From NCBI GenBank assembly GCA_964387705.1, contig CAYLWT010000003.1:2693-66692 (forward strand): a DNA stretch of 64,000 nucleotides. The letters run 5' to 3'. Every line of letters begins with the position of its first letter. Within the stretch, counting starts at the first letter, position 1. The notes beneath the pieces are model-generated. The model worked only from the letters and a program-made list of their open reading frames with translations. It did no database searches and had not been told where the DNA came from. The position numbers were made by a program, and so were the translations under genes. Source of the DNA: an uncultured Christensenella sp. (GTDB taxonomy: Bacteria; Bacillota; Clostridia; Christensenellales; UBA1242). Positions 9,991-18,950 of this stretch are shown piece by piece.

Positions 9991-10611
9991 TTATTTTATC
10001 ATTGATTTAACTTTCAAAAGTCTAATTTTGCTCGACCGCTCTTGCTCATCAATTTTCATCGATATATACTTTATTGTTTCCTCAAGTTGTGGAATCATAA
10101 CAAATTCAAGTGCATTCACTCGTCTTTTTGTGTGTTCGATTTCAAAACTCAAAATTTGGCAGTTTTTTTCAACTTCCGCAAGTCGTAAAATATCTGGCAT
10201 AATCTCATACAACATCCGTGTTGGTTTATCAAAAAGAGAATTGCTGTCAATAATAGCATACGGAGGTGAAACATCATTCTTTGTCACGACAGAAATTTTT
10301 GGCACAGAAATATTCATCATTAAACTTGTCCTAAATTCTGCCGAAACATTTTTCACCGGCAACATAAAGTGTTTCATCGTTTCAGTGTTAGACATATATG
10401 ATTTTGCAAAACAAAAATTTGAAAAAACGAGTTTTAACTTGCCTTCCACCTGCTTTCTTAAAGAAAAATTTTGTTTGACAAGTAAAGTATATTTTTTTAT
10501 CAGCTCATCACTCTTGTCTTTCAACATTTTATGTCCACGTTTTGCCACAACAAGCCTTGATTTAAGATTTTTTAGTTGAATTCTTGTTGGGTTAACATTC
10601 ATTCTTGTCAT
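9991..10611 (-). CDS. ntpD: V-type ATP synthase subunit D
   Basis: 206 aa, MTRMNVNPTRIQLKNLKSRLVVAKRGHKMLKDKSDEL. AGGAGA RBS 9 nt upstream. Last gene of the ntp cluster. Confidence 0.9.
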   Translation of the reverse strand: MTRMNVNPTRIQLKNLKSRLVVAKRGHKMLKDKSDELIKKYTLLVKQNFSLRKQVEGKLKLVFSNFCFAKSYMSNTETMKHFMLPVKNVSAEFRTSLMMNISVPKISVVTKNDVSPPYAIIDSNSLFDKPTRMLYEIMPDILRLAEVEKNCQILSFEIEHTKRRVNALEFVMIPQLEETIKYISMKIDEQERSSKIRLLKVKSMIK

Positions 10612-10632
10612 TCAAAACTTTCTCCTTTTATT

Positions 10633-12000
10633 TTAGTTTTCTGGAAGATATTTTTTTATATACTCTGGTTTAATTCTTTTAAGTTCTTCCTCTGGTAAAA
10701 TTTTCAACAATTTCCATCCAATATTAAGAGTTTGCTCAATTGTTCTATTTTCATCACTCTTTTGTGATACAAATTCCTTTTCAAATTGAGTTGCAAACTG
10801 TGCATAAATTTTATCCGTTTCGCTCAAAGCTCCCTCACCAAGCACAGTTGCAAGTTCCTTTGCCTCTTTGCCCTTTGCATAGCTTGAAAACAATTGATTT
10901 GCAAGGTCGCTGTGATCCTCTCTTGTTTTCCCCGCTCCAATGCCTTTATCTTTCAGCCTTGACAAACTTGGTAAGACATCAATTGGAGGCGTAATTCCTT
11001 TATTTTGAAGTTCTCTTGAAAGAATTATTTGCCCTTCCGTTATATACCCTGTTAAGTCTGGGATTGGATGTGTTTTATCATCTTCCGGCATCGTTAAAAT
11101 TGGGATTTGCGTTATCGAGCCCGTTTTATCCTTAATTCTTCCCGCCCTTTCAAAAAGCGAAGCAAAATCGGAATACATATATCCAGGGTAGCCTCGTCTG
11201 CCTGGCACTTCCTTTTTAGCGGAAGCAAGCTCACGCAAAGCCTCAGCATAATTTGTCATATCTGTCAAAATGCAAAGCACATGCATCCCTAGGTCAAACG
11301 CAAGATATTCCGCACAACTAAGAGCCATTCTAGGTGTTGCGATACGTTCAATTGCAGGTTCGTTTGCATAGTTAACGAACATAACAGTCCTTTCAATCGC
11401 TCCACTGTCACAAAAACTCTTTTTAAAGAATTCCGATTCCTCATACGTTATTCCCATTGCACAAAAAACGACGGCAAATTTATCTTTCTTTCCAAGAACT
11501 TTGGCTTGGCTTGCGATTTGAGCGGATAAACTTGCGTGACTCAATCCACTCATTGAAAACACTGGCAATTTTTGCCCACGAACAAGAGTATTAAGTCCAT
11601 CTATTGCGGAAATCCCTGTTTGAATGAACTCATTTGGATAATCCCTTGCCGTTGGATTTATTGGTTCCCCATTTATATCGACCTGCTTTTGTGGAATAAT
11701 ATCCACACCCCCATCACGAGGTCTGCCTAGCCCATCAAAAACACGGCCCAACATATCTTCCGAAACATTAAGCCTAAGTCCATGGCCTAAAAATCTCACC
11801 TTACTTTTTGCAATGGATAATCCCTGCGAACTTTCAAACAATTGCACAACGGCCTTGTCATTTTCCACTTGCAAGACTTTCCCAAGACGCATATCATTCC
11901 CTGACACAATCTCAACAAGTTCATCATATTTTGCTCCCTCAACGCCGTCAACAAGCATAAGGGGCCCAACAATTTCTTTTATTGTTTTGTATTCTCTCAT
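10633..12000 (-). CDS. ntpB: V-type ATP synthase subunit B
   Basis: 455 aa, A/V-type B subunit ([15 protein letters not shown]..., [13 protein letters not shown]). Start overlaps the ntpA stop (ATGA). Confidence 0.93.
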   Translation of the reverse strand: MREYKTIKEIVGPLMLVDGVEGAKYDELVEIVSGNDMRLGKVLQVENDKAVVQLFESSQGLSIAKSKVRFLGHGLRLNVSEDMLGRVFDGLGRPRDGGVDIIPQKQVDINGEPINPTARDYPNEFIQTGISAIDGLNTLVRGQKLPVFSMSGLSHASLSAQIASQAKVLGKKDKFAVVFCAMGITYEESEFFKKSFCDSGAIERTVMFVNYANEPAIERIATPRMALSCAEYLAFDLGMHVLCILTDMTNYAEALRELASAKKEVPGRRGYPGYMYSDFASLFERAGRIKDKTGSITQIPILTMPEDDKTHPIPDLTGYITEGQIILSRELQNKGITPPIDVLPSLSRLKDKGIGAGKTREDHSDLANQLFSSYAKGKEAKELATVLGEGALSETDKIYAQFATQFEKEFVSQKSDENRTIEQTLNIGWKLLKILPEEELKRIKPEYIKKYLPEN

Positions 12001-13763
12001 ATTTCATCATCCCCCATGCTATATAATGCTTTTAGCTGACTTGCGAGCTCTCGTTTCATCGTCTCAAATTCCCCCAAAGCCCCCTCATCAACATATTTTG
12101 CACGAGCAATCTTATTTTTCACCTTCATCGACAAAAGTTCATTTATGCCAATTCCGTCAGAAAGAGCCTTCATACATTCATCAAAATGCAATTTTATAAC
12201 TTCAAGCATTTTGTATTGCTTTTTAAGTGAAGAATATGTGTCCACTTTGTCAAAAGCATTTTGATGCAAAAAATCTTCCCTTATCATTTTTGCGGTGTCA
12301 AGTGTAAGCCTATCCCTGCTTGAAAGCGAGTCTGCCCCGACAAGCCTTATAATTTCAAGCAACGAGCTTTCTTCTTGAAGAATATTCATAACAAAAGCCT
12401 TGTGTGTTTCAAAATTTACAGATACATTATTTTCAAACCAAGGCGCAAGTTGTGTAGAGTAAAGTGAATAACTTTGAAGCCAATCAATCGCTGGGAAATG
12501 CCTTTTGTATGCAAGGCTCGAACTTAGCCCCCAAAAAGTTTTCACAACACGCAATGTCGCTTGAGAAACAGGCTCACTCAAATCCCCTCCAGGAGGAGAG
12601 ACCGCTCCAATGACAGTGACTGAACCTTTTCTAGGCTTTGTACCCAGTGTTTCAACAAGCCCTGCCCTTTCATAAAATTCTGCAAGTCGGCTGGACAAAT
12701 ATGCAGGATATCCCTCATCACCTGGCATTTCCTCAAGTCGTCCACTCATCTCCCTAAGAGCCTCTGCCCAGCGAGACGTGGAGTCTGCCATTAATGCGAC
12801 ATTATACCCCATATCACGAAAATATTCTGCAATTGTTATCCCTGTGTAAATTGATGCCTCCCTTGCAGAAACAGGCATATCGGATGTATTTGCGATAAGA
12901 ATAGTTCGCTTTATAAGAGGTTGTTTTGTTTTCGGGTCGAGCAGTGTTGGAAACTCATTCATAACGTCAGTCATTTCATTCCCACGTTCGCCACAACCAA
13001 TGTAGACAATCACATCGGCATCAGCCCACTTCGCAAGTTGATGTTGCACAATAGTCTTGCCACTTCCAAATGGGCCAGGAACACCAGCAACGCCACCCCT
13101 TGCAATTGGAAACAAAGTGTCAATAACCCGTTGCCCTGTAATCATGGGCTCCGTCAATGGAAGTTTTTTTGCATAAGGCCTATGACGTCTTATGGCACAC
13201 TTTTGAAGCATTTTAATGTTAAAAACCTTGCTTCCATTTTTTAGGACTGCAACTGTGTCATTAATATTAAAGTCGCCCTCTTCAATTTTCTCGACAATGC
13301 CACTTACTCCTTGTGGCACAAGAATTTTATGTTTTATGGCCACCGTTTCATCAACATAACCCAGTTCGTCACCACTTTCAAGATTTTCTCCCAATTTACA
13401 CGTTGGATAAAAATGCCAAACTTTTGTCCTATCCAATGCCTCAGTTTGCATACCTCTTACAATTCTATTGCCAAACTTCTCTCTCAATTTTTCAAGTGGA
13501 CGTTGTATCCCATCAAAGATCCCTCCCACAATACCAGGTGCCAATTCCACAGACAATGGCTCTCCAGTTGATACAACTTCTTCTCCAACAGAAAGCATAG
13601 ACGTATCCTCATACACTTGTATGGAAGCAACCCCATTTCGCATTTCAATAATTTCGCCTGTCAACATCAACTTGCCTATTTTCACCACATCAAAAAGCCG
13701 ACAATCTTGCATATTGTCTGCTTGCACCAGCGGGCCCGAAACTTTAACAATTTTCCCCTTCAT
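11997..13763 (-). CDS. ntpA: V-type ATP synthase catalytic subunit A
   Basis: Walker [22 protein letters not shown] start at 13763 is preceded by GAGGAGG; the longer ORF-track start is upstream of this RBS. Confidence 0.93.
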   Translation of the reverse strand: MKGKIVKVSGPLVQADNMQDCRLFDVVKIGKLMLTGEIIEMRNGVASIQVYEDTSMLSVGEEVVSTGEPLSVELAPGIVGGIFDGIQRPLEKLREKFGNRIVRGMQTEALDRTKVWHFYPTCKLGENLESGDELGYVDETVAIKHKILVPQGVSGIVEKIEEGDFNINDTVAVLKNGSKVFNIKMLQKCAIRRHRPYAKKLPLTEPMITGQRVIDTLFPIARGGVAGVPGPFGSGKTIVQHQLAKWADADVIVYIGCGERGNEMTDVMNEFPTLLDPKTKQPLIKRTILIANTSDMPVSAREASIYTGITIAEYFRDMGYNVALMADSTSRWAEALREMSGRLEEMPGDEGYPAYLSSRLAEFYERAGLVETLGTKPRKGSVTVIGAVSPPGGDLSEPVSQATLRVVKTFWGLSSSLAYKRHFPAIDWLQSYSLYSTQLAPWFENNVSVNFETHKAFVMNILQEESSLLEIIRLVGADSLSSRDRLTLDTAKMIREDFLHQNAFDKVDTYSSLKKQYKMLEVIKLHFDECMKALSDGIGINELLSMKVKNKIARAKYVDEGALGEFETMKRELASQLKALYSMGDDEI

Positions 13764-14085
13764 GTTTTTCCTCCTCAAGCACAATTTTTGCACCAATCGA
13801 TCGTTCCATATCTGTCACAATTTTATCAAGAGCATAAGTATTTTCTTCATTTTTATTTGGCACCACAAGAACAATTGGATAAGCCGTTGTTTTTGTTTGC
13901 TCAATTAAATCTTCACACAGTTTTGCATAGTTCGTTTGAATTAAAATAATTTTATAGTTTGAAATAAGTTTGCTAAAAGAGGCTCTGATTTTATCTCTCC
14001 CCACTGGAGAAAAAACATCGCAGCCAACCGCCTTAAAAAGCATAACCATATCCTTACTTCCTAAAATTGCGATCTTATCTTCCAT
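13744..14085 (-). CDS. ntpG: V-type ATP synthase subunit F (NtpG in E. hirae nomenclature)
   Basis: ~113 aa starting [25 protein letters not shown], a typical V-ATPase F subunit. Position between C and A matches the E. hirae order. Confidence 0.8.
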   Translation of the reverse strand: MEDKIAILGSKDMVMLFKAVGCDVFSPVGRDKIRASFSKLISNYKIILIQTNYAKLCEDLIEQTKTTAYPIVLVVPNKNEENTYALDKIVTDMERSIGAKIVLEEEKHEGENC

Positions 14086-15022
14086 TCCAATCTCCAAGTA
14101 ACATTTGCTTTGCCCTATCAGCGAAATTATTTCTAACAAAAAGCAAGCACATTCTACAATTTTTTATTTCCGCCAATTTTCTAAAAACATAATACATAAA
14201 TTGTGCGGGCCCATCCATATCGAATCTCAATGGTTCACAAAATTTTAAAAGTAACATATTTTTTTCTTTTTCAAATTTGACAAGAGCCTTTTCCTTGTTT
14301 TCAAAAACAAGTTCAGCCATATTTTTTAGCAAAACATTTTCAATTTGCCCCACACAAAACTTATCTTTTTCAAAAATTCTCTGCAATGTTTTTTTGTCCA
14401 AAAAACCACATACAACAAGATTCTTTTCAAACTCAATTTCATTTTTTGCCCTAAGACATATCGACAAATTTTGCTTATCACATTCAAGTTTTACAAGAGC
14501 AAGAAGCAGTCCTTTCTTAAACATTTCTCGCATAATTTTATATTTATTTTGTTTGAAAAATAGGTCCAAGTCCTCTGCCTTGCTTTGAGGCGAATAGTTT
14601 TCAAAAAATTCTTTTACAACTTTTGCAACATTTTTTTCAAAAATAGAGAAATCTCTTTTGGCCACAAAACTTGCAACTTTTTTATTATCCAAAAAATCAT
14701 AATTTTGAACATAATTTTCCCAGTCTATCCCAACAAGTTGTGCTTTGCAAATAGTTGCCAAATTATCAAAAACAAGTGGAAAAATGAAAAAATTTTTTAC
14801 CAAATCATTTGGGGAATTCCCTGCTACAAATTCAAAAAGTTTGTATTCTTCATCCTCAAGCCCCTCATCAATCGACAAATCTTCTCTTATATGAAGAGCA
14901 TTCCTTATTAAGCTTTCAGCATCACAGGAGGCCCCACAAGACAAAACATTTGCATAGAAATCTTTGGGCAAAAGACCTGCTTCTTTCACACTTACAACAC
15001 CAGACGAATAAAGATAACTCAT
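14075..15022 (-). CDS. ntpC: V-type ATP synthase subunit C (d-subunit homologue)
   Basis: 315 aa, helical. GGAGG RBS at 15027-15031. Assigned mainly from its position between E and F in the ntp operon. Confidence 0.75.
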   Translation of the reverse strand: MSYLYSSGVVSVKEAGLLPKDFYANVLSCGASCDAESLIRNALHIREDLSIDEGLEDEEYKLFEFVAGNSPNDLVKNFFIFPLVFDNLATICKAQLVGIDWENYVQNYDFLDNKKVASFVAKRDFSIFEKNVAKVVKEFFENYSPQSKAEDLDLFFKQNKYKIMREMFKKGLLLALVKLECDKQNLSICLRAKNEIEFEKNLVVCGFLDKKTLQRIFEKDKFCVGQIENVLLKNMAELVFENKEKALVKFEKEKNMLLLKFCEPLRFDMDGPAQFMYYVFRKLAEIKNCRMCLLFVRNNFADRAKQMLLGDWNGR

Positions 15023-15045
15023 TTTTCCTCCTGCTTAATCGACTT

Positions 15046-15603
15046 TTAAAATAACAATTCCGAAATTTCTTTTAAATTATTCGAAACATAATCTTCAACA
15101 AGTGTTTCAAAAAGCAAATTTTTATCACACTTTTCCCCACACAAAAATAGTCCCTCTTTTTCACCCATTTTAACTTCAAGCGAAAATTTTTTTACTGTTG
15201 GAAGATTCAAAACATCTTTCTCTTCCAAATTTTTACACTTCCAAAAAAGTGTATCTCCTTTCTCTGCATTAGTTTTCAAAAGGGCTTCAAAAAATTTCTT
15301 AACTTGCGCTTTCTTCATATTGCAAAGTTCCAAAAAAGCCTCTTCTTTCACTTTTTCAAACAATTTTGTTTTATACTGAAGTTCCACTTTTTTGCATTCA
15401 ATTTTGGCACTCACATTTGTTGCAGATGAAATTTCTTTTTCCTTTTGTTTCAGTTTTTTTGATGTTTCACTGCTCTTTTCTCTCTGCCAAGAAAGTTCTT
15501 CACGTTGCATTTGCGCCACTTGTTTTTCAGCTTTTTTTTCAATTTCTTCCGCTTGAATTTTTGCGTCAGTCAAAATTCTATCAACAATTAAATCGCCCTG
15601 CAT
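15046..15603 (-). CDS. ntpE: V-type ATP synthase subunit E
   Basis: Likely start MQGDLIVDRILTDAKIQAEEIEKKAEKQ (charged coiled-coil N-terminus typical of E subunits). The ORF-track extension overlaps ntpK. Confidence 0.75.
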   Translation of the reverse strand: MQGDLIVDRILTDAKIQAEEIEKKAEKQVAQMQREELSWQREKSSETSKKLKQKEKEISSATNVSAKIECKKVELQYKTKLFEKVKEEAFLELCNMKKAQVKKFFEALLKTNAEKGDTLFWKCKNLEEKDVLNLPTVKKFSLEVKMGEKEGLFLCGEKCDKNLLFETLVEDYVSNNLKEISELLF

Positions 15604-15613
15604 AATTGTCCCC

Positions 15614-16057
15614 TTATGGCAAAAGAAGCAACGAAACAACAAGTGATAAAATTGCATATGTTTCAATCATTGCTGGGAAAAGAATAAGTTTGCCAGATAA
15701 AGTGTCCTTTTTTGCAACCGCTTGAATACAACTTGCCGAAGTTTTCCCTTGAAGAATTGGCGTCAATAAGCCTGTCACAGTCAGTGGCAAAGATGCCAAA
15801 AAGATATTAAGCCCCGTTGCAATACTTATCCCCATAGTGCAACTGCTTGATGCAACAATAGCAAACACAAAACCATAAATCCCTTGTGTAGCCGGCAAAA
15901 CAACAAGTACTAGCATTTTGCTAAATTTCTTTGGGTCCTCACTCAAAACCCCCGATGCAGTTTGACCTGTTTTAGTAAGGCCAACAGCAGATCCAATCCC
16001 GCACAAAAACACACACAACACAAGCCCCACAAGTCCAATTACAAATCCCCATTCCAT
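15614..16057 (-). CDS. ntpK: V-type ATP synthase proteolipid subunit K (double-hairpin c subunit)
   Basis: 147 aa, four TM segments. Blocks LPATQGIYGFV, LQGKTSASCIQ and PAMIETYAILSLV parallel E. hirae NtpK. Confidence 0.9.
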   Translation of the reverse strand: MEWGFVIGLVGLVLCVFLCGIGSAVGLTKTGQTASGVLSEDPKKFSKMLVLVVLPATQGIYGFVFAIVASSSCTMGISIATGLNIFLASLPLTVTGLLTPILQGKTSASCIQAVAKKDTLSGKLILFPAMIETYAILSLVVSLLLLP

Positions 16058-16076
16058 AACATTTTTCCTCCTTTTT

Positions 16077-17996
16077 TTATTTGTTATTTCCTGTTATATT
16101 CACATATGAGAACTCCGAACCAAACGGCTTGAAAAGTTCCCCCTCACCTTCATAAAATCTTGAAAAAAATTCCACATACTGAAGCCTTGCCACATGGATA
16201 TACGCACTAAGGCATCCCATTGAAAGATTAAATCCATGCCCAATCAAAAGTATAACTACTCCCACCAAATACGTCGCTATATTATCAAAAAACGGAACAG
16301 CAAGTTGATTTACAATGCCAGCAATAATAGCTCCACTTAACATCAGTCCAAAAAGTCTTGCATAACTCAAGATGTCAGAAAAAATATTTATTATTCCATA
16401 TACAGCCCCAAAACTTTTTGTAAGACGATTTATTCCTTTTTGTGTTGCCACTAGCCCCACAACGCTGATAAGCACTGAGGCTCCGGCCACACAAATGCCA
16501 ATCATTTCCATGCCTTCTATAAGTCCTGCAAAATTCAACGCAACAATTCCCATCCCGACAAAAAAGCCTTCCCAAACAAGAGCAGAAAAAATTGCCTCTG
16601 CCATCTGTTTTCTTCTTATTAGCAAAATAGCCTTAAGAGCCAGCGATACCATAATTTGCACAGCACCTGCACCCAAGCAAATGCCAAGCATAGCAATAAC
16701 ATCTTTCGTTGGATTTGGCATTATTCTTGGTGGGACTATGCTCCAAACTTCATTTTCCACGCCGAACATTGAACCAAAGAGTATCCCAAAAATTATTGCA
16801 AAAACTCCACCAACGGCCAAAACTCCACACAATTTTTTAAACGAATTCTCTCTCTTCTGCATAGCGCCCACAAAAGTTCCAAAAAGAACAAGCACCAAGC
16901 CATATCCAATGTCTGCCATCACAAAGCCAAAGAAAAGAGAAAAGAAGAATGTCAAAAACCCATTTGGGTCAAGTTCCCTATAATTTGGTGAAGAATACAT
17001 GTTCGTCACAAATTCAAAGTTCCTGACAATTTTGTTGTTTTTAAGAAGTGTCGACGGCGTTTCATTCTTTGGAATTTCAGAAAAATCCTTTTCCATACAA
17101 ACGCCAAGTTTGTCCAGGCTCTTGTCCACAAAACCAATTTTCTCTTTTGGCAAATACCCTTCAAGCACAAAAGTTTTTTTCGTTGAGCGAACAAGGTTTT
17201 CAGCATCAAGTTTCTCCATACAAAACTTTGTGTGGTCCAAAGATAGTTTAAGACTTTTAATACTCGATGCAAATCCTTTCAAACTCTTTTCGCAAGCAGA
17301 AATTTTGTTATTGTTCCTTATTATCTCATTTTGACATTCGGAAACCAATGCCTTACTAGTTTTTTCAAAGTCAAACGGACATTTTGAAAATCCCACTTCC
17401 GCCAAACCTCGTGACACAACAACACTTTCAGATTTATGGCAAACAACTTTCAACACCCGCCCCTCATCACCACACACTTCAACAACAGTAAGGGGGCAAT
17501 CTTTCAAAACTTCGGGCAGTCTTTCACTATTCCCTTCCGGCAAAATTCCAATGTAAATATCCACATGTTTTGTGCTTTTAAATTCAGAAAACTTTTCGCT
17601 CAAACAAAGGTACGGTTCATAAGTTGCTCGCCTTGTTACAATCTTTTCGTTTTCTCTCTTTAGGTTTGAAATTTCTTTTTGAAGCAATTCAATTTGTTCA
17701 AGCGTTTTTTTACAATCAAAATTTCCATTCAAAAATTCCTCAGCCGAAAGATCTAAAAAATCTTCTTTTTCAACCCTTCCAACTGCATTTTGCACCACTT
17801 CTATTGAATTTGAAATTTTTTCATACAATACTTGCAAGCTATCATATTTTTCTTCACAAAAATTACATGCCGTGCCATCAATATTTATCGTCTTTTTCAA
17901 CTCAACACATCGAGTTTTGAACAGTTCGTTCAAAATTTTTTCTTTGTCAGCGGAGAGAGCCACAAGTTTGAGTTTTGACATCTCAACAATAGCCAT
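16077..17996 (-). CDS. ntpI: V-type ATP synthase subunit I (a-subunit homologue)
   Basis: ~640 aa with a soluble N-terminal half and a multi-TM C-terminal half containing SYARLFGLMLSG (conserved Arg region). MAIVEMSKLKL start is preceded by GGGGGTG. Confidence 0.88.
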   Translation of the reverse strand: MAIVEMSKLKLVALSADKEKILNELFKTRCVELKKTINIDGTACNFCEEKYDSLQVLYEKISNSIEVVQNAVGRVEKEDFLDLSAEEFLNGNFDCKKTLEQIELLQKEISNLKRENEKIVTRRATYEPYLCLSEKFSEFKSTKHVDIYIGILPEGNSERLPEVLKDCPLTVVEVCGDEGRVLKVVCHKSESVVVSRGLAEVGFSKCPFDFEKTSKALVSECQNEIIRNNNKISACEKSLKGFASSIKSLKLSLDHTKFCMEKLDAENLVRSTKKTFVLEGYLPKEKIGFVDKSLDKLGVCMEKDFSEIPKNETPSTLLKNNKIVRNFEFVTNMYSSPNYRELDPNGFLTFFFSLFFGFVMADIGYGLVLVLFGTFVGAMQKRENSFKKLCGVLAVGGVFAIIFGILFGSMFGVENEVWSIVPPRIMPNPTKDVIAMLGICLGAGAVQIMVSLALKAILLIRRKQMAEAIFSALVWEGFFVGMGIVALNFAGLIEGMEMIGICVAGASVLISVVGLVATQKGINRLTKSFGAVYGIINIFSDILSYARLFGLMLSGAIIAGIVNQLAVPFFDNIATYLVGVVILLIGHGFNLSMGCLSAYIHVARLQYVEFFSRFYEGEGELFKPFGSEFSYVNITGNNK

Positions 17997-18303
17997 CTTG
18001 CACCCCCTGCACCACACGACTTACAACATAGCCAATTTTATCAGAACTCTCAAGTTCAAGTTGTTCAAGTTCAAATCGTTTATCTGCCACAGTTTTTTGC
18101 AATTTTTGAGCATATTTTTGCTCAAGTTTATTAAGTTCGGCCACGTATCTTTTTTTCTCAAGGTCCAAAAATTCTTCTCTATCTTTTGACAATTGCTCGG
18201 CTCTTTTGGAAACAATTTCTTGCGACTTGCTCTGTGCCAAAGACACAATTTCTTCTGCTTGTTCTTCTGCTAAAACGATTTTGTCAATGTATGCGCTTTT
18301 CAT
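17983..18303 (-). CDS. ntpF: V-type ATP synthase subunit G/H-like stalk protein (NtpF in E. hirae nomenclature)
   Basis: 106 aa, highly charged coiled coil (AEEQAEEIVSLAQSKSQEIVSKRAEQL...). First gene of the cluster. GGAGGC RBS. Confidence 0.7.
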   Translation of the reverse strand: MKSAYIDKIVLAEEQAEEIVSLAQSKSQEIVSKRAEQLSKDREEFLDLEKKRYVAELNKLEQKYAQKLQKTVADKRFELEQLELESSDKIGYVVSRVVQGVQDGYC

Positions 18304-18325
18304 TTTTTGCCTCCAATTAGTCTAC

Positions 18326-18361
18326 AAAAAAGGGATTTCAAACATATGTCGAGCAATCCCC
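18326..18361 (-). promoter_or_regulatory. terminator-like hairpin + U6 inside the ntp operon leader (candidate attenuator)
   Basis: Minus-strand RNA GGGGAUUGCUCGACAUAUGUUUGAAAUCCC-UUUUUU ends 22 nt before the ntpF ATG. There is no room for a promoter downstream of it. Confidence 0.45.
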
Positions 18362-18510
18362 TGTCAAATACTATTATGTACCATATAAATGATACTATAA
18401 AACCCCATCATTTATCAAGTAAAAGTGACACATTTTTCAATATTTTTTTCAATTTTTTTATAAAAATTTAGGCCAAAAACTAGTATTCCCAAAACTATCA
18501 ATATCAAAAC

Positions 18511-18536
18511 AAAAAACCCTGCTTTAAGTTGCAGAG
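18511..18536 (-). terminator. intrinsic terminator of the 83-aa membrane protein gene
   Basis: Minus strand CUCUGC-aacuuaaa-GCAGGG followed by UUUUUU (6 bp including one G-U pair). Confidence 0.55.
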
Positions 18537-18583
18537 TTTTTCTATTTTTTGCTACTTTTAAAATGACTAAATAATAGCGGTTT

Positions 18584-18835
18584 TCATCTTGTTTGAATAT
18601 AAATCACCACATAAATTGAAATTAAAATAAGCCCAACTAATATACAAAGCAGTCCAGCAAGTTTCAATGCCATATTCACTTTGTCATCGCTTTTAATTTC
18701 GTTTGAATGTCTGACTGCTCTTGTTATCCTTGTCGACAAAACAACCAAAGCGACTCCCAAAATGACAAATGCAAGTCCCACTATAACCAATGGTTCACCT
18801 AAAAATTGAGCAAGAGTTCTTCCAAGCATATACAT
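18584..18835 (-). CDS. small hypothetical membrane protein (83 aa, 2-3 TM)
   Basis: MYMLGRTLAQFLGEPLVIVGLAFVILGVALVVL...LAGLLCILVGLILISIYVVIYI. Strong GGAGGGTG RBS, own promoter and terminator. Confidence 0.65.
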   Translation of the reverse strand: MYMLGRTLAQFLGEPLVIVGLAFVILGVALVVLSTRITRAVRHSNEIKSDDKVNMALKLAGLLCILVGLILISIYVVIYIQTR

Positions 18836-18866
18836 TTTTCACCCTCCAAAATTTACTTTCTGCCAT

Positions 18867-18895
18867 ATTATATCAAATATAAATTAAAATTTCAA
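18867..18895 (-). promoter_or_regulatory. sigma70-type promoter (TTGAAA-17-TATAAT) for the 83-aa membrane protein
   Basis: Minus strand TTGAAA (18895-18890), 17-nt spacer, TATAAT (18872-18867). Confidence 0.55.
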
Positions 18896-18950
18896 TAGTA
18901 AATTTGCACAAAATAAATTTTTATGAATTTAGAACAAATTTCGCAAGAAA

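Noticed and set aside
9953-10579. 208-aa plus-strand ORF antisense to ntpD
   Set aside because: It lies entirely inside a well-supported V-ATPase D gene, has no RBS or promoter, and gives a low-complexity Phe/Ser/Ile-rich translation. This is a typical antisense-frame artefact.
16372-16983. 203-aa plus-strand ORF antisense to ntpI
   Set aside because: It mirrors the TM-rich part of subunit I and has no expression signals. Antisense artefact.
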